From the NCBI RefSeq assembly GCF_009914755.1, contig NC_060929.1: a stretch of 64,000 bases of DNA; one strand, given 5' to 3'. Every line of letters starts with the position of its first letter. Positions within the stretch are counted from its first letter, which is position 1. The DNA comes from the human T2T-CHM13v2.0 reference genome, Homo sapiens. Both the position numbers and the translations under genes were made by a program. Below, one piece after another: positions 1 to 12,375 of the stretch. Under the pieces are notes generated by a model that was not told the origin of the DNA, did no database searches, and saw only the letters and a list, made by a program, of their open reading frames with translations.

Positions 1-1701
1 TTGATAGATGATCAAACTAGCCAGATTACCTTAAGACAAAGCCTAATCCAGTGCAAGACCCTAACTCTCTGAAATGTTATGAAGGCTGAAAGAGGTGAGA
101 AAGCTGCAAGGAAAATTTGAAGTTAGAAATCATTGGTTCATGAAGTTTAAGAAAGAAGCCATCTCCATAACATAAAATTATGAGCAAAGTGAGCTAGCAA
201 GTGCTGATGCAGAAGCTACACCGATTTATCTGGAAGGTCTAGCTGAGATCATTGATAAATGTAGCTACACTAAACAACAGATTTTTGATGGAGATAAAAC
301 AGTCTTCCATTGGAAGAAGATTCTATCTAGGAGTTTCATAGCTAGAGAAAAGTCAACACCTGGCTTCAAAGCTTCAAAGTACAGGTTGACTCTCTTGTTT
401 TAGGGGCTAATACATCTTGTGACTTTAAGTTAAAGCCATTGCTCATTTACCACTCCAAAAAAATCCCAGGATCTGTAAGAATTATGCTAAATCTACTCTG
501 TACTCTATAAATAAAACAACAGAGCTGGGATGACAGCAGGTCTGTTTACAGCATGATTTACTGAATAGTTTAAGCCCACTGTTGAGACCTACTGCTCAGA
601 AAAGAAAGACTCTTTCTAAATACTAATGCTCATTGATAAGGTACCTGGTCACCCAAGAGCTTTAATGGAGATGTGTAAGAAGATGAATATAGTTTTTATG
701 CCTGCTAACACAACATCCATTCTGCAGCTCATGGGTCAAGAAGTAATTTTTTGATAGTTCAGTCTTACTAAGAAATGCATTCCTTAATGCTATAGCTGCC
801 ATAAATACTGATTTGTCTGATGGATCTGAGCAAAAGAAATCTATAAACTTCTGGAAATGATTTACTTTTCTAGATGCCATTAAAATATTCATAATTAATA
901 GACATCAAAATATTAACATTAATAGTTGTTTAAAAGAAATTGATTCCAATGCTCATGGATGACTTTTACACCAGTGGAGGAAGTAACTCAAGATATGTTG
1001 GAAATAGGAAGAGGGCTAGTATTAGAAGTGAGGCCTGTAAATGTGACTGAAATGCTGCAATCTCATGACAAAGGTTGAATGGGTTAGGAGTTGCATAACA
1101 TGGAAAAACAAAGAAATTGGTTTCTTGAAATGGAATCTACTCTTTGTGAAGATGATGTGAACATTGTTTAAATATTAAAAAAAAGACTTACCATATTATA
1201 TAAACTTAGTTGCTAAAGCAGTGGCAAGGCTTGAGATAATTGACTCCAATTTAGAAAGAAGTTTCACTGTGGGTAAAATGTCATTAAACAGTATTCCACG
1301 TGACAGAGAAATTTTTGTGGGGAAAAAAAAAAAACAAAGTCAGCAAATGTCATTGTTGTCTATTTTAAAATTGTCACAGTGACCTTAACCTTCAGCAAAC
1401 ACCATCCTTATCAGTCAGCAGCCATTAGCAACAAGGCAAGGCTCCCCATCAGGAAAAAAGATTACAACTGGCTAAAGGCTCAGATGAATGTTAGTATATT
1501 TAGCAATAAAGTATTTTTGAACAAAAGCATGTACGTTTTTTAAATATGATGCTATTTTGCACTTAATACATTACAGTGTAGTATAAACATACTTTTATAT
1601 ATCTTGGTAAGACAAATAATTTTTGTGGCTTGCTTGTTTGTGATGTTCTCTTTGTTGCAGTGGTCTGGAACAAAACCAACAGTATCTCTGAGATATGTCT
1701 G
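1..1701 (+). mobile_element. Tigger1 (TcMar-Tigger) DNA transposon, 3' ~1.7 kb, with decayed transposase
   Basis: Ends in the Tigger1 right terminus TGGTCTGGAACAAAACCAACAGTATCTCTGAGATATGTCTG followed by TA (1702-1703). Pogo-type DDE motifs are readable: [17 protein letters not shown] (~620-670) and [14 protein letters not shown] (~698-739). Many stops and frameshifts. The element continues beyond the window start. Confidence 0.93.
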
Positions 1702-2214
1702 TAACTTAGAATAAAAAACAAACTCCTGTAACAAGATGGTGATTCTCTTCTCTAAAGTTCATAGAATCAAGGTGTCTAAAACATGATTATGATGCAGAAA
1801 GATATATGTATATAATCTGCCACAATAACCCAGTGAATTCTGCATTTGGAAAAGAAACGTATCACTAGATTGTTCTAACAATGTATGGGCAAGGAAAGAA
1901 ATGCTACAATTAAAAGACAATTGAAGGTTTGCAAATAACAACCCAGAAATTAGATGGAAAATACAGTTCAAGGGATAGTGAATAAATTCCACCACCATTG
2001 CTATTCCCATATCCTAGCAAAATACTGTGTGTTGAACTCTTATTTTATGCCAGCCACTATACTTGGTATTTTACAAATGTGGTTTCACTTAAAACTATTC
2101 TCTAACATGCGTATGCACTTTCAGTGGATATTTGACTTCCTAGTATCCATTTGGAGAACTGACAAAGGGATTGGCCTTGTTGATCCAATGGTATTCTAGT
2201 AATAAGTTTCGGAA

Positions 2215-2610
2215 TGGTCATATGATTAAATTCTGGCCAGTAATCTCTCAGGACAGTTTTGCTAGCAATTTATTGGAAAATACTTCTCATTTTTGGAGAA
2301 AACTAAAAGGAATACAGAATATTTCTTTTCTCCTGGATGACTAAGGAAGCATGTGGTCCTGGAGATTTCTGGCAGGCAACTTCTGTCCATGAGGGAAGCC
2401 AGCCTGTGTGGACATGGCCAGCATATGGCAGACTGTGCAGACAGGACAAGAGGAAAAAATCAGGGCCAGAATGCAGATCGACTCTGGCCAGGAGTGGAAG
2501 CATTTCTGGACTCCCTCTTCTGTAAATTAATCAAGTTTTATATTATTTAAGCCTTTTTTTCAACTTGGCCTCTTCTCTATATTTTGTAGCTGAAAGCATG
2601 CTAACAAATA
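2215..2610 (+). mobile_element. Old ERVL-type LTR relic (LTR33/LTR16-like)
   Basis: GGTCATATGATTAAATTCTGGCCA start and TGTAGCTGAAAGCATGCTAACAAATA end resemble ERVL LTR33-class termini; highly diverged. Confidence 0.4.
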
Positions 2611-4096
2611 GAATTACTCTAATTTTATACATGAACAAGGAACATTCAAGAGGTGAATTAAATTGCCTGTGATCACAATACCAGTAGCTTGTCTATTGTC
2701 TTTAATTTTGTTCTGATGTGACTCACTACCCTTCATTCTCTTTCAGAACGATGGAAAGGGAGTCTTTAATTCAACACTGAGAAGTCTAGTTTTATTAAAA
2801 TTTGGGACCCCTCCTGGTTTTTTAATATAACAGTATTTCCAAAAAACGGTATGTATTGCTGTTTTTTCTGGTAGCTTTTAAAATAGGAATATGAGAGAGA
2901 TAGACTAGTGAATATTTTTGAATAGAATCCTTTAAAAAGATCTTCTGAAAAAATAATAAGTCCCAATCTCTTATACTTATTTTTAGTCATAAATTTTGCA
3001 GCCATGTTTATGAAAATATTATACTTAATTACAAATATATCAGGTAAAACAAACTCAACAATAGATTTTTTTGTTTCATTGTTTCTTTATTTTTTTATCC
3101 TATTGAATACAACATGGTACCCTGGTAAAATAAAAATCTGAATGGTCTTTGTAGACTTTCCCGTATCTTTTTGTCTTGTTTGTTAAACTATGTGTATATC
3201 AAGTGATTAAACTGCAAAATTTTGTAATCATGTTTGGAAAAACTGGAAGATCACCTCATATATTTTCTACCCAGTTTGGTTCCTATTCTAATGGTTGAAA
3301 TATATCTGTTTAAATATATTTTGTTTTAGAAAATCAATAAATAAATTTAGTGCACTTTGCAATTGTTGCATTTTGACTTAGATAGATTATGACAATATTT
3401 TGGATGAATACTATTTACATTAAAATATGTTAAAAATGAAAACCCCAGATTTTCACTTCAGTGTGGTTCTTATTTTGAAAGTTATCAAGATTTTGGCAAA
3501 AGCTGTGTAAAGAAGTACCATTTTGTCTGGCATTATATTTTATGATGGCAATTTTATTGTTAAAATACTTCCCTAGAGCATAAAGTGGCCAAATATTCTT
3601 ACTTGGATCCTAAGTATTTAGGCTAATAAAACTTTGCTGCTTCTGAAATACTTTGTGTTATTTTTATTTCAAAAATAATTTAGATTTGCCACATTACTTT
3701 TTATTAATTTCAACATATTAAAGAAATTTCCAATCATTAACAGGTATCATTTTTCAAGTGTTTCTATTAATATCTTCTACAAACTGAACCTGATACATCT
3801 AAGCTTTTTTATCTGGTGATTAATAATGTTTTGAAATACTCGCTTATGGAAAGTGTTTGACTTGTCAGTAAATTAAATATAGCCCTTGGGTAGTTTAAGA
3901 GGGTATGACAATTTCACATGGTTTATAAATAAAAGCAGAAAATAACAAAAGATTATTAAAAAGGATCTGTGATAAAAATACACAAGAAAGTGGACAACAT
4001 TAGGATCTTTGAAAAAACTATTTGCATTTTTTAATGGCTTTTGTTTGAAGAGTATATACAAATAATTTGAATGAAGTATAAAAAACAGTAAATGTG

Positions 4097-4493
<397 letters not shown>

Positions 4494-4589
4494 CTAAAAG
4501 ATGTATGTAGACCAGAAATGGATAAGTGAACTTCTCTTTCAACCTCGTGAAACAAATTATTAAAAAGAAAAGAAAAAAAAAGAAATACT

Positions 4590-4933
4590 GGCTGGGTGCG
4601 GTGACTCACACCAGTAATCCCAACACTTTAGGAGGCCAAGGCGGCCAGATCACTTGAGCCCAGGTGTTCAAGACCATTCTGGGCAACATGGTGAAACCCC
4701 AGATTTACAAAAATATATATATAAAATATAAAAGAAAATAATTAGCCAGGTGTGGTGATGCATTCCTGTAGTCCCAGCTATTCAGGGAGGCTCTAGTGGG
4801 AGAATGACTTGAGCCTGGGATATCGAGGCTTCAGTGAGCTGAGATTGCACCACTGTACACCAGTCTGGGTGACAGAATGAGAACCTGTCTCCAAAATAAA
4901 GAAAAAAAAAAAGGGAAAACAAAACAAAAAAAC
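4590..4933 (+). mobile_element. AluJ, full length
   Basis: GGCTGGGTGCGGTGACTCAC start; J-type CACTTGAGCCCAGG; expanded AT-rich middle linker. Confidence 0.93.
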
Positions 4934-5045
4934 CCTGAAAAATATTTATGACCTTTAACATTTAAGGAATCATAATGTGAGTACAAAAGTGAATGCAAGT
5001 TGAATTTTTTTAAAGGTAAATTGCAATATACAAAACACATTTTAA

Positions 5046-5382
5046 GGCCAGGCACAGTGGCTCATGCCTGTAATCCCTGCCCTTTGAGAGGCTGAGTCCC
5101 AGGATCTCTTGAGGCCAGGAGTACCAGACCTGCTTGGGCATCATAACAAGACCTCATCTCTATAAAAAAAAAAAGTTAAAAACTTAGCTGGGCACAGTGT
5201 CATGCACCTGTAGTCCCAACTACTCAGGAGGCTGAGGCAGGAAGATTTCTTGAGCCCAGGAGTTTGAAGCTGCAGCGAGCCATAATTGGGCTCCAGCCTG
5301 ACTAATTGGCACTCCAGCCTGGGTGACAGAGTGAGACCCTGTCTTCAAACAAAATGAAACAACAACAACAACAAAAATCTCT
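5046..5382 (+). mobile_element. AluJ with a small internal duplication
   Basis: GGCCAGGCACAGTGGCTC start; TAATTGG..CTCCAGCCTG repeated at ~5283-5321; TSD-like AAAACACATTTTAAG / AAAAGCACTTTAAG. Confidence 0.93.
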
Positions 5383-6834
5383 AAAAGCACTTTAAGTAAG
5401 GATTTAAATATGGCCATCATAATCATTATAGCTCAGCCAATAGTCTTTTCAAGTTTTTCTTCATTCTGGGTCTCTTTGTTTAGTTTATAATATCTAATTC
5501 ACTTGAATTTTGCATTATTATTCTTCTTATAAAAATTAACTTATAAATAAATACTGATCCTCTCTTTCATATTTTTATAATACTAGGATATTTTGTTTGG
5601 TTATACTGAAGAGAGGAGGCAATAGTTTAAATTAAAAAAAAAACCTTAAACTTTCAATAGAAATAACATTCAACTACCACAAAACTTTGGTGACATTAAG
5701 CAAAGAACCTCCAGATCAGGCATAGTCAGAGGTGAAGTTACATTAATTGAGAAAGGCTATAGTAAAGCTGGGAGGACCTTTTTAAAATTTTGTTTTGATT
5801 TTTTCATGCCTCACATGCTGCCTCATGTAATTTTGGAACCATAGACAAAAATTGATATTGACTCTTCCTGTTTTCTTACATGATTGCAGTGCTGTCATGG
5901 GATTTCATTAAGGTAATTGCATTTTTTTTACTGTAGTATAAGATGCTGCAACAGTGTAAAATACCTCAGAATCATTTCAACCGGGGGCTTGACAAAGTAC
6001 CTGGCAATGTTCAGGTAAAGGAAAAACATATGGTCCACCAGCCCTTGGATTGTAGACTGTGATTCTGTATGACTCAATGCAAAATAAGCTTTTTACTACA
6101 GTGGAAAAGATTACCCTCCCTTTGAAAAAACAAACATAAAATTCTGTTTCCCATGGTGTTTTAAAGACTTTGGAGTTTGTATCTTGCTAAACTAGAAAAA
6201 TAGACTAAATGGCATCATACTTGAAAAATAAATAGAGAAAAGAGTGTCCCGACAGGTTAGCTGAAATTGTGAAATGACAAAACAACCTAAAGAGAAAATG
6301 TTTTGAATTTGGAAATAGTCTACTATTAAAAAAATTCTAAAAGTAATTGTAAGTGTTTTAGCACTTAATAAATTAATTCACATATTTTAATACCATGATT
6401 GAAAGTAAACTTTTCTCTTTGATGACTGGTATTGAAAATTTGAATTATCATGAAAATATATATGTGTATTTTTTAAGGTTCATCTTATCTATCACTTCCT
6501 CCATGAACCCTTTCTGACAATTTTTATAATATATGCTTATCATTTGCTTGCCATAGTTCAGCAGATAAAGTATATTTTGATTTATTTTATGGACCTCCCA
6601 ATGCACAGTATTACATTTTTAATATCTTAGAACCCAAATATGTATAAAAAGCAAGTTCATGTTTATACCAATAAAATGGGAAGAATGACTAGTGTAATAT
6701 GGTTCATAGATGTTAAAGTATAATGTAAATCTGACTGAGATCACATTTGGTATGACAGAATCCTTAAATAAAATTTACTACTGATTAAGTTAAAAATTAT
6801 TTCAAATTTGCTTTCTTGACTACTGTTTTAAATA

Positions 6835-7195
6835 TGTACTTTTTATTTTGGTAAAATATGCATAACATAAAATTTATAATTTTAACCATTTTCAAGTGTA
6901 GAGTTCAGTGGTATTGAAAATATTAATATTGAGCAAGGAATGCTGGCACACACCTGCATTCCCAACAACTTGGGACGGTGAGGTGGGAGGAAGCTTGACC
7001 CCAAGAATTCGAGACCAGTCTGGAGAAAAAAGCAAGACACCATCTCACTCACACACATACACACACACATAAACACATACACACACACACACTCACACGA
7101 ATATATTAACATTTTTCAATTACAACCACCACCCATCCTCTGAAACTTTTTATCTCCCCAAATTGAGACTGAGTTAAACAATAACTCCTCCTGTA
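6835..7195 (-). mobile_element. L1MB-type 3' end fragment, interrupted by an Alu monomer
   Basis: GTAAAATATGCATAACATAAAATTTATAATTTTAACCATTTTCAAGTGTAGAGTTCAGTGGTATT ... CAACCACCACCCATC ... TTAAACAATAACTCC is typical of an antisense L1MB 3' end. Confidence 0.75.
6931..7099 (+). mobile_element. FLAM/Alu left monomer whose tail is a (CA)n repeat
   Basis: Single monomer ending GCAAGACACCATCTC followed by (CA)n at ~7046-7098; TSD-like ATATTAATATT / ATATTAACATT. Confidence 0.85.
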
Positions 7196-8108
7196 TTCTT
7201 TTTTTTTTTCTGTTCTAGTTATTTGATCTTGCAGGTAATACACGTATACAAAATCTTGGAAGTATGCATAAATAATAATGCACTATGGATTCAGTGGTTT
7301 AGAAGTCACTTTAATAATAGTTGCATTGTGTTAGAGTATTTGTGTTAACGCTACATTAAACTCAAAGATTTTCTACTCAAATGCTAAGAATTAAACACTC
7401 ATGATAGTCCATTGTTTTGTACCTTAATGATTTCATTATTCAAAATATAACAGTAATAAAATAAAGGTATAAAACTAAATTTCAGAAAAATAAATAAAAT
7501 ACCTGATTGAAAGAATCAGAGAGCTGGCTAGGTAATCAGGTATTAAGGAACAGGTAAGTGAGTAAACATACTATGAGTTGCATTTCTTTTCTGGGCCCTT
7601 GCCAACTCTTGGTTTTGATCATAAGACTAACAGTCCTAAAATAGGGAAGGAGCTAAGAGTCAGAGAAGCCAGTGAAGTTTTCATAATTATGTGGCACATA
7701 GGATATAAAACTTGAAGTTCATAGCATCCAGAAAATTTAGAATTAAAGAGACCAATGTTTTGAAGAGAAAGGAGAATAATCCCATACCCAATTCTCCAGT
7801 TTGGTAGGATAAGAGCCTAAGGAGGTAAGAAGAAACCACCGAAAGGCAGACTCCTGGTGCCAAGAAAACAAAAATTCAGGACCTTCCAATTAGACAAGGT
7901 CCTAGGAAATATCCCATGCTCTCAGTTGAGACACTGAGAAAGCAGTGGCCTAGAAAACCACAAAATGAGATTTAAATTAAGTATCATCACAATAGCAACC
8001 TAGTCTGGAATAAACTAAATCAGTTTCAGATTGAATTAAAGTGATGTTCCTCCTGTCTAGCCACCTATTAGAGAATAGGTTAGTAAATACTCACTAGAAA
8101 AAGGCAGT

Positions 8109-9142
8109 GGCTATAGATGTGTGGTGTTATTTCTGAGGCCTCTGTTCTGTTCCATTGTTCTATATATCTGTTTTGGTACCAGTACCATGCTGTTTTGGTT
8201 ACTGTTGCCTTGTAGTATAGTTTGAAGTCAGGTACTGTGATGCCTCCAGCTTTGTTCTTTTTGCTTAGGATTGTCTTGGCTATACAAGCTCTTTTTTGGT
8301 TCCATATGAAATTTAAAGTAGTTTTTTCTAATTCTGTGAAGAAAGTCAATGGTAGCTTGATGGGAATAGCATTGAATTTATAAATTACTTTGGGCAGTAT
8401 AGCGATTTTCATGATATTGATTCTTTCTACCCAGTAGCATGGAATGTTTTCCCATTTCTTTGTGTCCTCTCTTATTTCCTTGAACAGTGGTTTGTAGCTC
8501 TCTTTGAAGAGGTCCTTCACATCCCTCATAAGTTATATTCCTAGGTATTTTATTCTCTTTGTAGCAATTGTGAATGAAGACAGTGTGGAGATTCCTCAAG
8601 GATCTAGAACTAGAAATACCATTTGACCCAGCAATCTCATTACTGGGTATATACCCAAAGGATTATAAATCATTCTACTAATAAAGACACACGCACACAT
8701 ATATTTACTGCAGCACTATTCACAATAGCAAAGACTTGGAACCAACCAAAATGCCCATCAATGATAAACTGGATAAAGAAAATGTGGCACATATATACCA
8801 TGGAATACTAAGCAGTCATAAAAAGAATGAGTTCATATCCTTTTCAGGGACATGGATGAAGCTGGAAACCATCATTCTCAGCAAACTAACACAGGGACAG
8901 AAAAACAAACACCACATGTTCTCACTCATAAGTGGAAGTTGAACAATGAGAACATATGGGCACAGGGAGGGGAACATCACACACCAGGCCCTGTCGGGGG
9001 ATGAGGGGCAAGGGAGGGATAACATTAGGAGAAATACCTAATGTAGATGACGGGTTGATGGGTGCAGCAAACGACCATGACACATGTATACCTATGTAAC
9101 AAACCTGCATGTTCTGCACATATATCCCAGAACTTAAAGTAA

Positions 9143-9178
<36 letters not shown>

Positions 9179-9209
9179 AAAGACAGAAGAAAGAAAGAAA
9201 AGAGAAACA

Positions 9210-9254
<45 letters not shown>

Positions 9255-9444
9255 AAAGAAAGAAAGAAAGAAGAAAGAAGGAAGGAAGGAGAGAGAGAGG
9301 GAGGGAGGGAGGGAGGGAGGATGGAAGGAAGGAAGGAAGGAAGGAAAGAAGGAAGGGAAGGAAGGAAAGAAAGGAAAGAAAGGAAGAAAGGAAGAAAGGA
9401 AGAAAGAAAGAAAGAAGAAAGAAAGAAAAGAAAAGAAAAGAAAG
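8109..9444 (+). mobile_element. 5'-truncated, 5'-inverted L1PA7/8-like element
   Basis: 8109-8576 is antisense ORF2 (ORF 8080-8529 on minus); 8576-9140 is sense ORF2 end plus 3'UTR, followed by a purine tail. TSD AAAGGCAGT at 8100-8108 and 9445-9453. Confidence 0.93.
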
Positions 9445-9449
9445 AAAGG
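9141..9449 (+). repeat. Compound (GAAA)n/(GGAA)n/(GGGA)n polypurine microsatellite derived from the L1 poly(A) tail
   Basis: About 305 bp almost exclusively A/G, lying between the L1 3'UTR and the right TSD. Confidence 0.97.
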
Positions 9450-10869
9450 CAGTAACATTCATGGCCTGTAAATTTTTTTTTTCAAAGTTGCTGGTTATAT
9501 CCCAAAATGAAGTCAAGGCAATGTAGATATCATAGGAGACGATCAAAATTTTACTTTGATACCGAAGTTATAAGCTACAGACTTAAAAAAAATAGTATAT
9601 TCAAAAACTGTTAACAAGATATAAAACTGACCAGAAAACAGAAATCTATACAAAGAATAATGTAGAAAATCTAGAATAAAAAATAAAATAATTTAAATTA
9701 AAAACTGAATTAAGTATTAGCAGATTGGATGTAGCAGAAGAGAGGAAGGCTGAACTGCAAAATAGGTCAATAGAAAATATTCAGACTAAAAAAAAGGCAA
9801 AAGGAGTAAAAACAATTTTTAAAAGCGATTTGAAAGGAGAGCTTATATATGTTACATTAGAATCAAAGAAGCAAAGAGAGAGATGGAGAAGCAGCAATAA
9901 TTTAAGAGATATTGACTAAAATTCTGCAAAACTTTTCAAGAACATCAAGTCAACCAGCTACATCTTTTATATGCCAGTTGAAAACCACACCTTAGTCCAT
10001 GTGTCTTTATGAATGCGTATTCAAAATGTCATACTTCTTCAAATGAACAATAGGCTATTTTTTAAACTGAAAAGACAGACCAAAAATATCTTTAAATATT
10101 TGCTGAAAGAAACTAATTGCCAATTCATGCTTTTATACTCAGCACAATCATTTTTAATTGAGAAGCAAATATAGATTTTCTTCAGAAAAAAATGTACCAC
10201 ATATTAAATCACAAGAGGACTACTTTGACCAAGGAAAAATTGTATCAGCAGAAAATAGAGATATGCAGAAATAATGAAGAAAAAAGGAAAGTGTAAATAT
10301 GTGTGAAAATATAAATGAATTTTAATTGTGCACAGTTATACAGATTTATCACAATAATATGCATGGCTTTAAAAGATATGAGGAATTAAAAGGCATGACA
10401 GGCATTAAATTTAAATAAATTGTTCTAAGATATTAGCATTTTCTTGAAAATAACATTCACTTAAAAATTAGAAGTCATTTACATAAATTTTTATTTCCAC
10501 TTTAACTGCTAAAAAATGGTCTGCCTTTTGCTAAAAAGGATCAATAACAAAATGCTAATAAAAGAGGAAACATTTATTTCAAAAGAAGACAAATACAAGA
10601 AAAAATGTTACAAGAAAGAATAGACCCAATGGGACAAATGATATGATAAAAGACATAAAACAAAAAATCAGCAACTAATTTACAGGTAAATGGTACATAT
10701 CCATTAGTTAAACAGCTGCCCAAAGAGTCACTTTACATGTAGGAAGAAAAGATCTCTTGCATAGCATAGATGATAGTCTTTTATCATTCTTATGTGTGAC
10801 GGATACTCAATTGAATACTGATTTTTCAATAGTATATTTAGTCATCCAAATATTTTAAATATTTATATA

Positions 10870-12050
10870 TGTCTACCATTTCTTGAAAACATGTTGCTTA
10901 AATTTTAAAAATTTATCTACCTCCAGATTGCACATGATCTATTTCTCCTGAATTTTCATGCATTTTATCTTTATTTTTATGTGTAAGCCTTCAGTTTTCT
11001 AGACCACTCGCTCATCCCCAGTTCCATTGCACATTTTTTTCACTCTGTTAATCTGTTGTCATAGTGCTATGAAAAAATACCCAAGACTGGGTGATCTATA
11101 AAGAAAAATAGGTTTAATCGACTCACAGCTTGACATGGCTGGGGAGGCCTCATAATCATGGCGGAAGGTGAAGGAAGAGCAAAGGGACGTCTTAAGTGGT
11201 GACAGGCAAGAGAGTATGTGCAGGGGAATTGCCCTTTATAAAACCGTCAGATCTCATGAGACTTGTTGACTGTCATGGGAATAGCACAGGAAAAATCCGC
11301 CCCCAAGATTCAGTTACCTTCCACTGGGTCCTTCAGACATGTGGGGATTATGCGAGCCACAATTCCAGGTAAGATTTGGGTGGAGATATAGCCAAACCAT
11401 GTAACTCACTGAATCAAAAAAATGGCTTGTATTATATTCGGTTATTTATATTATAATCTACTTTTGGGTGTCCTATTATTTCCGTGATTAAATTGTCATT
11501 TGCCAACATAATACTGATCTGATTAAGATGGATTTGTATGTTGTGATAATTAATGTAATAATATTTGATAGTCACTATTCTTTTGCAAATTTTCTTGGTT
11601 GTATTCGATATCTATTTTTAGCATATATTTAAGGTTATTTTTTATGAATATAAAAATTACTGTTGCAATTGTTTTGAAATGTATTTAGTTTGTATAAGTT
11701 TTAGGAAATTCGACTTTTGTGATAGTAAACTTCTTTATTGATATTGTGGAATCACTTGTCACTTATTCTGACCTGGTTTTATATCTTTCGATTAGATTAT
11801 ATAATTTCTTCATGTAGGTTCTGTGCCAATGTTTTAATTGTATTTCTATTTTATTTTATTTTTGCCTCAAAGAAAATAGAATATATTTTCAATTTTTCTT
11901 TGTAAGTAATTTTTGTTAGAGACAAAAATTAATTTTATCCATCTTAATCATTAAATCAAATAAAGTAGAATTAATGCAACCATTTGAAAATAAAAATCAA
12001 TTATTTTTCTAAGGATATGATTTATCCTAGCCTATAAAACACTTGAAGAA
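10870..12050 (-). mobile_element. Old L1M/L1ME ORF2 relic, interrupted by THE1
   Basis: T-rich decayed antisense L1 sequence on both sides of the LTR. Confidence 0.45.
11044..11404 (-). mobile_element. THE1 (THE1C-like) MaLR solo LTR
   Basis: AATACCCAAGACTGGG ... ATAAAACCGTCAGATCTCATGAGACTT ... AGATTTGGGTGGAGATATAGCCAAACCAT; 5-bp TSD TTCAC/CTCAC. Confidence 0.9.
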
Positions 12051-12094
12051 TTATTATTTAATCAGTAAAACCTCAAATAATAGATTTTAAATGC

Positions 12095-12375
12095 TTCTTT
12101 ATTTAAATTTTAAAATGTTTAAATGACAAATAAAAATTGTATATATTCTAAGGTATACAACATGATGATTTTATATAGACACTGTGTAATAATTACCACA
12201 ATCAAAATAACAAATCCATCCCCACTCATGATGTATATTAGGTATCTAGAAATTGTTCATCTTATTACCGAAAGGTTTTACTCTTTGACCAACTCCCCAT
12301 TTTCCAGAGTTTCCCAAATCCTGACAACCAGCATTCTCTTTCCTTCTATGTATTCAACTTTTTTAGATTTTTACA
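12095..12375 (-). mobile_element. L1MA/L1MB 3' end fragment
   Basis: TGACAAATAAAAATTGTATATATTCTAAGGTATACAACATGATG ... TACTCTTTGACCAAC ... TATGTATTCAACTTTTTTAGATT. Confidence 0.75.

Larger units (their letters stand above)
7490..10700 (+). mobile_element. Old L1M 5'/ORF1 region, host of the L1PA insertion
   Basis: A-rich decayed ORF1-like sequence (AGCAGATTGGATGTAGCAGAAGAGAGG...GGTCAATAGAAAATATTCAGACT; ORF 9725-9919). Boundaries approximate. Confidence 0.6.

Noticed and set aside
8922-9546. Long ORFs of 178, 173 and 120 aa (F/L/S-rich or K/E/R-rich)
   Set aside because: These are translations of the purine microsatellite and L1 3'UTR; low complexity simply lacks stop codons.
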